From: Dimorphilus gyrociliatus
Lineage: Eukaryota; Animalia; Annelida
DNA length: 64,000 nt
Assembly (NCBI GenBank): GCA_904063045.1
Contig: CAJFCJ010000013.1
Span: 1,036,156 to 1,100,155 of the forward strand
Reading direction: 5' to 3'
Shown here: piece by piece, positions 37,101 to 49,194 of the stretch
Layout of the letters: the number at the start of each line of letters is the position of its first letter
Numbering within the stretch: position 1 is the first letter of the stretch
Made by a program: the position numbers and the translations under genes
Notes under the pieces: model-generated
Told to the model about the DNA's origin: nothing
What the model saw: only the letters and a program-made list of their open reading frames with translations
Database searches by the model: none

Positions 37101-40100
37101 TTTCTTGTTCATTTGATATTCTCTTTCTCAATCACACACACACATACACTCTCTTTTTCTTCCTTACAGTTTTATCAAGCTGTTGAACTTCTTCATGAAT
37201 TAGGGTCTCTTTTATATTTTCAAAACGAATTCTTAAGGAAGAAAATTGTTATAAATCCACAATGGATTGTGGACGTAATGGCTTGTGTTGTTTCAATTCA
37301 AGTAAATGCAATAAAGGTTGGTATCAAATCAATTAAAAATCATAGAATTTCATTGTCATTTTTTTTTACTTTTAATTTATTGTCTCTAAAAAAAGGACGG
37401 AAAATTAATGCATAAAGACTTGTCAAAAATTTGGCCTTCAGAGTCATATGCTGCTCATCTTCACGAATGGTTGCTACGCCTTACTGAAGAATTTGATTTA
37501 ACGTTTTGTTTAAAAACTGAAAAGGCTAGCCTGGTCCCCTGCCTTCTTCCTGAACTCGAACCAAAAGTAATAAATATTTCGCCAAGCATTTTATGATTAA
37601 TTCATTACAATCATTAATACGTACTATCTTTAATAGCATCCTTGGGAAGATGAACCTTTAAAGAGTGGAGAAATTCAGACAAAAATGCAATATAACTTTG
37701 ATTATCTGCCCTCAGGATTATTTAATAGAGCACAAGTTAGACTCTATCAGTATAGTGACGAGTCTCTTATCTGGAAAAATGGATCTTTTTTAAGAAAAAA
37801 TAGTCATAGAGGTCTTTTAAAGAAAATAAGGTTTAACTTTTAATTATTTCTATTGCTATTCTAAATAATTTTTTTTGCCTTTTAGCTCAACAACGGTTCT
37901 TATCGAAGTGAGAGGGTTAAAGCCGGATAATGTTCTGTTTCTTGTCCACGAAGTTTTCGAAACTTTAATTGCTGAATTTTTTCATGGAGTTCGTTACGAT
38001 TTTACATTACCCTGCCCTGAATGCATTCACCAATGTATTTCAAATCCTACCATGATACCGTCATCACGTATCAGAAAAGCATTACAGTTAAAAATCCCTT
38101 TTCTACAATGTAATGATAACTTCCATACAGTGTCTATAACTCAACTTCAAAGTATGTTATTGTTGTTTTGTTATTAAGAAAAAATTACTTACTTCCTTGT
38201 TATATCTTTAGATATGCTACCTCCTGATGGTAACGAAGAATTCGATATACATTTGCAAAACGCCGTTAGAGAATTGAAGAAAATTCGATCAGGACTAGTA
38301 ACGGACATTGTAATGTTATACTGTTTGTCCGATGATCCTCCGAAAGGATCGGAGAATAGTATTGTCTCTGCGACAAGAATTAAAAATGAATTGGAAAAAG
38401 CGGGGTTTTCCATGTAAGATTTATAATTTTTAAATTAACTTTCCCAACTAATGGTATTTTTTAAATCCAAAATATTTTAGAAAATTGTATAATGATTCTT
38501 GCGAGAAATATATTGAAGAAGCAATATCTTCATTGAAAACTACTCAAGTGGTACTGACTTTAATGACGGACGATTTTATCAAGAATTTAACCTGTAAAAA
38601 TTTATTCATTTATGCAAAAAAGAATTTATCCAAACCAAATCAATTAATACTAATTAAGAAGAGTGATAAATGGAAACAAAATACTGATATTGGGATGCTG
38701 TGCTCAGATGATGTAATACTATCTATACTGATATATATACTGTATATAGTTTATAGAATACTAATAAATCGTTTCTTTTATATTATCAGATATACATCAA
38801 TATGCAAAATGTGAATAATTTTAGCACAAAGATGAATGATTTGAAAAAGTCACTGAATCTCGAGAATAAAATGGCTAAAGAATGGCCACCGTGTTTCATA
38901 AGTTATTGCTGGAGCAACTCTTTATCAGCCATAAAGAAAGGGACAAAAATGAACGAATCAGCACTTGGTAAGACTGATCCTAGACAATTGAAAGATAAAC
39001 TCGAACAAGCCGGAATAAAATGCTGGATGGATGTTGAACAAGTAGGCCGAGGTGGTTTGTTTCAAGACATTGCGGAAGGCTTAAGAAAAGCTAGGATCGT
39101 TGTTGCTTGCGTATCAGATGAGTATGTTTCCTCTAAAAATTGTCAGATGGAGTTTCGCTTTGCAGCTATTTCGCTAAGATTACCAATTATTCTTGCTGTT
39201 GTTGGAACCGGTAAGAATTGGATCAAATCTGAAATTGGTATGATATCTCTGCCGTATTCGAGAGTCGATCTTCAGAAAAGAGATGAGGATATTGTAGAAG
39301 TTATTGATCTTGTAAAAGAATATCTTAAAACAGAAAAATTAGATGAAAATAAGAAAACAAATTCAAAAACTCAAAAAGAAGCTAATCATGAAGAGTTTAC
39401 GGAACTCTTAGAGTTGGCTGAAAGAAAGCTATTGAGACAATTAATAATTTTGCAGGATCTATCAAGAGGGTCAAATTTTCCTCATATTCCAATATTAGAT
39501 TATGCAACACTCGAATCGAAACAATATCGTTTCAATTTTCTCTGTGAACATGATGAAGTAAGTGCTATTCAATTCAAGGCACACACATTCTAATATTCAT
39601 TTTTATCTACTATATTATCATCTAGGGTTGGCATCTACCTGCCGATAGTAAAAGTATTCAATGGAATATTGAACCTGAGAGCATGACAGCCGAAAATTAT
39701 ATTAAACAATGGTCTCCTTATTTGGTCAGAATTTACGCTCTTCTCCAGCACACTTCCATTCCCTTACTAGTTTTTAAAAGCAAAGAAGGTGCTAGTTTTA
39801 TCGAACAGTTACAGTCAAACTTAGTTAAGAAAAATGAAGAGAAAAATTTAACGATAAGAGACAGTTATGTGTCTATGATTGAATTAATAGCTAAGATATG
39901 GGATCGCCAATATAATAGCACCTCATCCAACGATCTATCAAAATGCCACGTAAGCAGTGGAAAAACTATCTGGTTATGCAATTATCACCAGAAAGAACCT
40001 CGAGTTACAATTCTTCAACCAGATGATGTCAATATCAGTATCCTTCCCGCAGTGGACAACGTAGAACTACTCGAAAAAGTTAAAAGAGACAACGGAGATG

Positions 40101-40348
40101 AAATTTTTAGGAATGCACACTCTGAACGGGCAGAAGATGGTTTATCCACTTTAAGTTTCTATAGTGATTTATCGGTTGTTGATAGTGAATTTTCAGACGT
40201 TACTATCAAAACAAATAAATCTCACAAGGAAGGAGAAACTTCACAAAATAATTCAAACAAAGCGTCACAGAAGAACAAGGAGGAAACTGTTACTGATCTC
40301 ATTTCTAAAGGAGGGAGAACGAAGAGTAGAGCTTGTGTAATTGTTTAA
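28143..40348 (+). CDS. Large multi-exon ROCO-family gene: N-terminal LRR / degenerate Roc-COR / beta-sandwich-like region, then LRR-Roc-COR-TIR-TIR-CaaX. May be two genes
   Basis: ATG at 28143 and a chain of short GT-AG introns with compatible phases at the junctions I checked (31.3-34.7 kb). The 5' half has Roc/COR-like peptides (NWKFYDCYE, APPVIIFVGFGTKID, YVASPQWFANYL). Not every junction was verified. Confidence 0.6.
31679..32212 (+). CDS. CENP-B/Tigger-type double HTH DNA-binding protein (no DDE domain), nested in an intron
   Basis: KRRRSFSIEERHKII...LSKSTISGIWRDRQKI (psq-like HTH) and DDVEKCL...IPITDEMLRSKAAEF...F..YSGWVDGFKVR (Tc5/CENP-B HTH). Confidence 0.88.
   Translation: MSNKRRRSFSIEERHKIISSIEGKDNHREEVMEIFELSKSTISGIWRDRQKIREAFYNEKINKTSRKIRGVLHDDVEKCLVAFVQDSKTCQIPITDEMLRSKAAEFSQKLGITNFKPYSGWVDGFKVRNQLKKPKLTKLDDKEDENTANATNFRALPKANLSSKEDKYKILRALLSS
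35374..40348 (+). CDS. LRR-Roc-COR-TIR-TIR ROCO protein (well-supported 3' part)
   Basis: LRRs (LTELDLSNLAITDLP, LEWLDISHN), P-loop GLGGAGKT, WDFAGQ, VGTHID, COR INPQWIV, TIR CFISYCWS...CQMEF, and terminal CVIV*. Confidence 0.92.
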
Positions 40349-40703
40349 GATAAAGTACTCTATCAAATTGAAACTATTAATTTCATTTACAACGATTCTC
40401 CCATTAAAGTTTATTTGCAAATTGACATTTACACCTCTTAATGTTTATTTGTAACATTCCTTCAGCAAAATAAACTGCAATATTGCATTCCAATTGTTGT
40501 CCAATCTAATTTCTTCACAATCAACATTGAAAGCATTATGTCTTGACGGCAGCTTGCAGGAAAATGTTCATATGGCAAAGAAAGAACGTCTTGCTCTTTG
40601 TTAAATTTTCCATAAAGTTCTCTTCTACTCAATATACATTGCATATATAAATACAAATCTATGCGTATATTTATCTATATATTTTTCATATACGCTCCAT
40701 TCT

Positions 40704-40730
40704 TCTCTCTCTCTCTCTCTCTCTCTCTCT
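40704..40730. repeat. (CT)n microsatellite
   Basis: About 13 CT units. Confidence 0.95.
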
Positions 40731-41625
40731 TTTCTTCCTCTTTTCTGAAAAAAGAAATAAAACTTACTTTTTTAATTAATTATCTCTACCTCCGGCTCTA
40801 CTCTCTAGTATGTAGAGTAATGATCCTTCAATTTTCTCCAAAAAAAGCACTCATACTATCTTTAATTTAATTTAATGTTAAAAATATTAAATTATCTCTC
40901 AGCATATCAATAATATTGATAAATCATAGTTATCATATTAATGAGAAAATGTCTTCTTCTATGAAGATGATCATCGTTTGAATCTTAAATAAGAATGAGA
41001 TAAATTGAATATAAACTACTATCAAAATTAGCCATTGTCGCTTGTTCTAAATATAGATATTAGAACATTAATAATCAAAGTTTATATTTAAATACAGCCA
41101 TGACAATTTAATATATACTAATAAAAAATAGTATATAGTAACAATATGATTGATATTAATTATGCTTGTAATAATTAATGAAACTAATTAAAAATAATTA
41201 ATGTAAAAGGAGGACGGATATTGATTTTCAAGAATCCAAAGGTTTTTTTCTGAAAATAGAGAGAAAAAAATGTCAACTTTAATATCAATTCTTTACAGAA
41301 AGAGACAAATTTGAAACAGAGCTTACTTATTGGTGTTAATGTGCGATGATATACTTTGTATGTACAGTATATAGGCAATTTTACTGTATATCCTGTTGAT
41401 AAATTATATTATTTATACGTTTCAATGCGAAAAGATAAACTATACAGATTTACAATTGTTTCTTCCGAGATAATTGTAGAATGTTATTCATCAAAAAGAG
41501 ATGAATAGACAAATATCGAATTTAGCTGTATTTTTAGGCAAACCATAATCATTTCAGACTATTACCATAGAATTCTGAAGAGAGAGAGAGAAATAATAGA
41601 ACAATTGTAAAGATAGTAAAGTTAA

Positions 41626-41632
<7 letters not shown>

Positions 41633-41658
<26 letters not shown>
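41633..41658. repeat. (GA)n microsatellite
   Basis: About 13 GA units. Confidence 0.95.
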
Positions 41659-44506
41659 AATGATCTGCAATGAAAAAAAATAGAATAGTTTAGCCAACGA
41701 ATATCAAATTTAAACAACGTTTTCTATAAAACAAAACAGCCGTAGAGGAAAAATGACTTCTCCATCAGAACCAGCTGGACTATCTAAATCCGAAAAGGAA
41801 TGTAATACACTTGTATAAAGACTCAATTGATATATGAATATAACAAGAGGAATAATATCATATTATAGAGTATACTCTTTTATTTCTCTTATAATTAACT
41901 ATTGTCCAGTAGAATCCTGCTTTTAGATACTACTATTGTTTATCTTGAATCTTTCACTTTCATAAAAGACTCTTACTTTTAGCTTTAATCGTTTTATATG
42001 ATTATTACTTTTTATATCTTTATACTAATTAAAATAAGCAAAGATAATTTAATTAGCAATTAATAATTTCCCTTACTTACATTATATTGATAAAATAAAC
42101 AAATACAGAGTGATTACCTTATTAGTTAATTTGCTGGAATTCTTTTGTCATCCATGATGGAGAAATGATAAAAAGAATAAAGAAAAACTCTTTAACTCTT
42201 CAATCTCAAATTGAGAATCAAACTTATTCTGTTACTTTATAAATCATAGGTTGAATATTCGTCGATAAAAAACCGTTGACTGTCAACAGTCTATTAAATT
42301 TATGCCCACGTAATCAATTATTATTTATCCTTAATTAGTATTCCCTTTCTCTATCTTGCTGTTCGCTTCTCCTTCCCCCTTTATATATTATTTGATCGTA
42401 TATACAACTGTTACTAATTAATTTAGAGGACCAAAAATACCCAATACTATTGTTTAATTAAAGGTTCTCTTATAATTAGTACAAAAATTAATTAAACAAC
42501 AACAACAACAGAATATATTTCTAATTGTCGCAAATTATCTAAATTTCTGTATTCATATTCATTTAATACCACGATACATTAACAAAAACAATCAACAAGA
42601 TTACATGATATCAGAAAATTTCATCATCAATGATCGTCTATAAGAAAATTAAAAATTCTATCAGAGATTTCTATACGACTGGGCCCTCGATTCCATTTTA
42701 ATTTAACCAGGCGATATGGAACCACATGATGCTATTTATAATCTTCTTAGACTGTCGTTCTAATTGATTCCGAGTATTTTCCATCCATAATTTGTCTACG
42801 TTCATAGTAGATATTTGCGAGAATTTTATTCTTTTATTTTTATAATAACAAGTAGCTGAAGCTGTTATTCTCTGTTTAAAGAAAGGAAAAGGATAAGATT
42901 AATAGATTAAACATAAAGATATAAATTGAATATATTTAAGTATAGATTTTTTACCTAACAGTTCAGCCACACAATTTTCCAGTTCTTCTTACAAATACAA
43001 CATTTTTTCGTCCGGCCTTCTTCGATTTCCAACTATAAAGTTCTTGTTGAGAACTGCTAGACTGATTTTTACCTATCGAACTTGTCCCCTTTTATACAAC
43101 TCTGAAGGAAGATCGACCGGTTCGATGGAGTTTTTTGTTGAGTAAAAACCCCGGATTTGTGTATGAAAATCCATTATTGCTATTTCAAACGTAAAGATAT
43201 AATTTAAAGTTTATAGAAATATGATTTCTATTAATCATACCAGTATACTTGCCCTTTTAAAAAGTTTAAAGAATAGCTGAAAATGCCGCTAGAGCTATTT
43301 AAAGTTTTTCGCTATTATTTCACTTTCTTTAATAAATATCGCCCTTTTAAAATTACAACTTTTTCAATGAATTAGTGGAAAAATTTTCCTATTTAAATTC
43401 CTCAAGACGTAACCGTTTCTTAACCGGTAGGCGAAAATGACCTGGTTGGGGTGAGGGGTGATGACACAGCGTAGGGTCCAGCCAAAAATACTTATTTCTA
43501 GGAAGATTCGTGCGTATGCCGCCGAATCTTCATTAAATATAACAAAATAGTACTGAGAAAAATTTTCCTTAATTTTAAATGATTGAGTCAAAAATTATAT
43601 ATTGTGGTTGCAGGGCATCGTATTATGTTAAATTTTGCAGCCTCAATCGGTCTATAATTCGTGGGCGTACTATACGCTTAAAGAAATTTTACATTATCGC
43701 ATAATAAGGGAGAAATTTAGAAAAAAAGATTTGATCAATAATCTGGTTACGCAATCCCAAACAAAAAATTATAAGCAATTATAGTAATTAATTAGAGCCC
43801 TATTAATTAGAAAATTCGAACCTAGACGGGGGGTTTAAAAAAGTTATATAATACTTCGAACTGTGGCATATTTAGCCTGTGTATTCCTGTAAAACAGACT
43901 GATCACGAATTGTAGAATTTTGGAAGAAAGTAAGTACAATCTATTTAATTATAGCATTTTATAACAACATTACTATTTTGAACATTCGAATTAGATTAAT
44001 AAGACATTTTGTTCTAAAATACTCAGCTTGTTTTTTCGAAAATATTTTGTTAAAACCTTTTGACCCCATTAAAGACGTGATTAAGTAATCACTTAAAAAT
44101 AAAATAGACAATTTTATAAGCTTTTTATCTATATAAAAAAGATGATAATGGTAACAACAACATTGCTACTTAGAAATTTAAACTATTTAAATTTTTATCC
44201 TTTTTTTCTCCTCTATCCTTTCCCTCCCTCCCTCCCTCATCTCTTTGTCTTAGAATTTATTTGAGCTAATTTAGACACATATAAAAAAAAACAACGCTTT
44301 TTTAGCGGCGTCACAATTCAATAAAATACCACGAGTATTAAGACTCGGAGAAAAAAAATATCCTTGGGAAAAAAAGGTCGGAGTGTTCCTTTTCTTTATT
44401 TGTTTTTTTTTTAGGTTAAAGGTCGTTTTATACTTTTCTTTTTTTATAATGACTTATTTTTATATTGTTCCCTTTTTTTGTTTTTTGTTTTTTAGAATTA
44501 GCGGAA

Positions 44507-45256
44507 ATGAATAAAGAAAAGAAGGAAAGATTAACGAATGTTATTCGTCGCCTTATAACGTTTAGATCTTGTAAAGTCGGATCAATGTCTTATTGCTCTC
44601 TGGCTAAGAAAGGCTTTTATTTTAATTCGGAGATTAATGTCATTGAGTGCCACGAGTGTGGAAAATTATATTCGGCTTGGAAAGATGATGTAAATCATTA
44701 TGCATTTTGTAGCTATGGTACAGAACCGTTTCCGCGTTTAGTTAAAACTACGAGATATGATGCGGATAGTTTTAGACATTTTCCCAGTCCGCAGCCGGTT
44801 CTTGCCGTTCCAAAGAATATGAGCGAATCTGATAGCGAATCTGAAGAAAATGATAATTTAAACTCTGACCAAGAAAATGAACGTCGACAAACGGAAAAGG
44901 AATCGGAAAGTTACCAAGAAGCGCTTTTCAAGTATCAGGAAGCGATGAGAAAACTTGACAATGATATTCCTTTACGGACATTGCTTCGTAATGATTTGAC
45001 TATACAGATGAACCGTTATAAAACATTTTCCACTACGTGCGCTCCCTGGCCTTGGAGAGGCGTAATCCCAGGACGAGAATTAGCGAGATGCGGCTTCTTC
45101 TTTTGTGGTGATACGGATCGTGTTCAATGCTTTAGTTGTGGAATTACTCTTAGGAAATGGAGTTATGGCGATATGCCTTTTGAGGTTCATCTAAAAAATT
45201 CGCCGTCTTGTCGTCACGTTAAGAAATTAGTTGATGATAGAAATCCATTTATCTAA
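44507..45256 (+). CDS. BIR-domain (IAP-family) protein with two BIRs and no RING
   Basis: BIR2 is canonical (RYKTF...LARCGFFF.G..DRVQCFSC-X16-H-X6-C). BIR1 is degenerate (RLITF...LAKKGFYF...CHEC...H...C). Confidence 0.9.
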   Translation: MNKEKKERLTNVIRRLITFRSCKVGSMSYCSLAKKGFYFNSEINVIECHECGKLYSAWKDDVNHYAFCSYGTEPFPRLVKTTRYDADSFRHFPSPQPVLAVPKNMSESDSESEENDNLNSDQENERRQTEKESESYQEALFKYQEAMRKLDNDIPLRTLLRNDLTIQMNRYKTFSTTCAPWPWRGVIPGRELARCGFFFCGDTDRVQCFSCGITLRKWSYGDMPFEVHLKNSPSCRHVKKLVDDRNPFI

Positions 45257-47037
45257 AAACAAAAAGAAAAACAGGAAAGAGGAAAAAAACAACATCTAAT
45301 TAAATCTCTAAATATTTAAGATTCAAACCTTTGGAGTTGTTTGCAATGAGTTGTGTTGTTATGATTTGACATTGGTTAAGGCAAATAAATATTACAGTGA
45401 TGTTACCGGTTAGATATTTAAATTTATTTGTCTTACCGGTATTCATTTCTGTTTTAAAAAAATTCTAAAACTTCCGGTTTCAATTTTTATATTTTTTAGG
45501 AATCGTTCCATGATCACGTGATTAATAATTCCATAGCTAGGACGAGATTAGAGAAGCTGATGAAATTATTCCAATTTTAGAAGGTATAATAAATATATTG
45601 ATTTCTTTTAAAGATAAACATTCGAATATCGACAAGAAACAGATACATATTATATTTCATAAGCTAAATAGACAGTTTGGACAAAAAAGCGAAAAAATTG
45701 ATGGAATTTAAAAACAAACACAAAAAAGTAAAACGATTTAGAATAGAATTATTAATATTAACGTTTGAAGATGATATATCTAAAACTAATAGGGTCGGCT
45801 AATAGAGGTGGATTTATAGCTTAAGTTATATATCATATAATAGTAATTCCTTAAAAAGAGCAAGTTTAGCCACCAGATGACGACACAGTAGAAATATAAT
45901 ATTCATCCTATTGTCTTTGTTTTTTTTCTGTTTTATCCCCATAAGGCTGTGCCCACGCCTTTCAGGTGGTGGAAATTATTGTTTCTGAGACTTTTCGATT
46001 GTTTCTCCTTTGTTTGCGGGAAAATCTATAATCCCTTGATATATTTTATTGTAAGTTACGCGCGCCTAATGTTATATATTCTGTATTGTTTTCCCCAAAT
46101 ATCGAATATTGCCACAATAAAAATACAAAATTAATAAACTATATCGTATGGAAATGGAGTAAAATAAATTTCAATGCAAGGTTATTCTAGTAAATACTAA
46201 TATATATGGAGTAAATTTTTCTGGCCCTTTAGGTCAAAAGGGTCGATAACCTAGAGTTTTTTAAAATAAAAAATTCAATTTTTAAATTAATGCTATAAAC
46301 AAAAAACAAAAGACAGAAAGAAAACACAAAGTTGCTTTTAAAAATATTGCTTTTACGTTGCTTTTTTTTTTTTTAAAAAAAAAGAGAACCTTAAGGTGAA
46401 AAATATTCTATTCTAATTCTAAAATTCTAGGGGCTTATATGGGTAATTTTTACCGTTTTGAAGAGCGTTTTGAATTGATAATAAGCTATTAATACTATCA
46501 AATATAAATTACTTGTCAATTTAGTATAGCATAAATTAATGTATAATTATTTCACCGAAAGCAGACTTAGCTTCATTCGGACAAAAACATTCGAGAAGAT
46601 TACTAACAGCGATAGAGAAGAAAATGAGCAATAGGCAGAAAGAAAAAGTTCTTCAAAGTATTTCATGAAATGAGAAACATGTTTTCGGAATGTTCGCAAA
46701 TAAATTTATCGTCATTTAGAGAGAAAAATAATTCTGTCTCCTATTTAGCTACGTTCTATTTACACATGGTATCATCACTATTTAACGTGTGTACATAGAA
46801 TATGTGGCTATATCGGTGACAAGCTGTCAGCCTATTCTATTTTCACTTTAATAAAAATTTCAATAATGTCTTGTAAATATTAGAGAATAAAGAGAAAGAT
46901 AGAGGAGAGTAAAAATAACAACGAGTGAGTAAGAAAAAGATAGAGAGAAAAAAAGCGAAGAAAAGGGTACAGAGCGGCGCAGTCGTATATGCAAATTTTT
47001 TTTGCCCTGTTTGCACTCGATCGGCGGCCGCAGCTCA

Positions 47038-48234
47038 ATGGACAAACTCGTTAGAGTTTTGTTAAGCGTTCGAGAATTCAAAGTCAGGAATGACGACGAC
47101 TTTGTTGATAAGCTCAACCGCCAATACTCCGTATCTTTGCTAGTAACTTTTAGTTTGATTGTTAGTACGAAACAATTTGTTGGAGAGCCTATTAAATGCT
47201 GGTGTCCAGCACATTTCACCGAAAGTCATAGGGATTATGCAAATACTATTTGTTGGTTATCTAATACCTATTATGTACCTTTCGAAGAAGGAATACCAAC
47301 TGATATTGGAGTTCGAACCAGACCGAAGATCAGCTACTACCAATGGGTTCCTCTAGTCCTCCTCATAGAAGCCCTTATGTGTTTCATACCTTGCCTAATA
47401 TGGCGAATATTACACAAACGATCTGGTATTAATTTATCAGCCATTCTTGATGTGTCTAGAGTGTGTGAACGTTCAACTTATGGAGAAGTTAGGGAAAAAA
47501 GCGGCAGGTACTTAGTCAGTCAACTGCACAAATTCTTTACCGTACAAAGGGGTAAGAAAGGATGCGTAGAAAATATTAGTAAGCGATGCTGTCTGGTTGG
47601 TGGAAAGCGTTATGGTAATTACTTAATCAACTCGTATCTTTGTGTAAAACTCCTTTATTTATTCAACGCCATTGGTCAATTATTACTGCTAGACGCCTTT
47701 TTAGCTGTCGACCCGAAACGTCTATACGGCTTAGAAATTATAAGGAAGCTTATAGAAGGAACCGATTGGACTGAGATCGAACGATTTCCCCGCGTAACCC
47801 TCTGCGATTTCAAAATACGTCATTTGGGACGTCTGCTACCTTATGTTGTCCAGTGTGTTCTAACAATCAACTTATTCAATGAGAAGATATTTTTAATTAT
47901 TTGGTTCTGGTTTCTAATTTTATCCGCCCTAACTGCACTCAGTCTGGTTAAATGGTTTACTCTAGCCATCTATTGGCCCGGTCAAGTCGATTATGTAAGG
48001 CGTCAATTAACATCGATCGGTGTCGACGATTGCAGCGTTAAATCCAGGGTTAGAAATTTTGTAGTTGATTATTTAAGGAGAGACGGTCTTTTTGTTCTGA
48101 AATTACTGACTTTGGGTGGTGGTGAGATGGTTTGCGCTGAAACATTGAGCGGACTCTGGTCGAACTATGCACCGGATAGACGCTACGGTCGCGACGTGAC
48201 CAACGCTAAGCGTCGAAGGGACGACTGCGTTTAG
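47038..48234 (+). CDS. Innexin (intronless, 398 aa)
   Basis: DDDFVDKLNR, VGEPIKCWCP, CW..NTYYVP, YYQWVP, FPRVTLCDF, QCVLTINLFNEKIF. Confidence 0.97.
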   Translation: MDKLVRVLLSVREFKVRNDDDFVDKLNRQYSVSLLVTFSLIVSTKQFVGEPIKCWCPAHFTESHRDYANTICWLSNTYYVPFEEGIPTDIGVRTRPKISYYQWVPLVLLIEALMCFIPCLIWRILHKRSGINLSAILDVSRVCERSTYGEVREKSGRYLVSQLHKFFTVQRGKKGCVENISKRCCLVGGKRYGNYLINSYLCVKLLYLFNAIGQLLLLDAFLAVDPKRLYGLEIIRKLIEGTDWTEIERFPRVTLCDFKIRHLGRLLPYVVQCVLTINLFNEKIFLIIWFWFLILSALTALSLVKWFTLAIYWPGQVDYVRRQLTSIGVDDCSVKSRVRNFVVDYLRRDGLFVLKLLTLGGGEMVCAETLSGLWSNYAPDRRYGRDVTNAKRRRDDCV

Positions 48235-49194
48235 AGAGAGTAAATACACAAAATTATATACAAAAAAAACCTAGCGTATCATTTAGCGGTCAGTTTAAGT
48301 AGGCGGTTAAGGCAAGTCCGCCCACTTTTGACAAACCTATAATTACATATGACAATGTAAATAAAGAAATGACAAAGAGGAGGGAGAGAAGTAGATGGAA
48401 AAATAAATATTTAAAAGGAAAACTTCTAGGGAAAGAAAAAAGGTAAGAGAATAGAAACAAAATGAACAAAAACAGCAACAAAAACCATAGATTAGTAGCA
48501 GCTTTCCGCCTTTTCCCCTCTCCGCCCCATTAAACGCGTCAAACGAAAATAAATGAAATAAAACGACCCAAGCAGATTTTCCTCGGTTAAAATCAATCAA
48601 TCTCGCGTTATTTGTATATCAGTAGGAAAATAAACTAGAGAAAGGAAATAAGAAAAAATCAACAAAAATTTTTTCTCCATCCAACTTAAATTGACTTTGA
48701 AAAAAACACGAGAAACGACTACCACCCTTTTCTGTCATGTGTCGTAATGGCATTTAACAAAGGATAGGCATACTTTTTTTCTTTTTTTTTCTACAAAACG
48801 GGAAAGGGTAAAAAGGGAAACCATAGCCAAGAGATTAGTAGCTATTGTATTTTAATAATAATCATCATCTTAAAAAGAGTATTCTTCCAAACTTTTCTTC
48901 CTCTTTCTCTTCTTCATCCGTGTAATTTTTTTCAATTCCATTTTGTCCAAGTATTATATTATATATTTGTTTTTAATCTTTAAATTCCAATTCGAGTGGA
49001 CGACAGAAGAGAAAAGTAAGCGATAAATAATTTTCAAAATATATATAAAAAGAAAAATAGTACAAACTTTTACATTTATAAAATAAATAAACTGGTCTGA
49101 AAAAAAAAAATATCATCTTCTAGACAAAGCTATTTATGCATATCAAGAAATATATAAATATATATATATATAGATTATCTTCCATTTCTATTAT

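Noticed and set aside
41755-41805. Short ATG-initiated exon (MTSPSEPAGLSKSEKE) as a possible first exon of the BIR gene
   Set aside because: Joining it to the acceptor at about 44495 creates an in-frame TAA; unsupported.
43814-43832. tRNA B-box-like GGTTCGAAT on the minus strand
   Set aside because: No A box or cloverleaf could be built; I found no convincing tRNA gene anywhere in the window.
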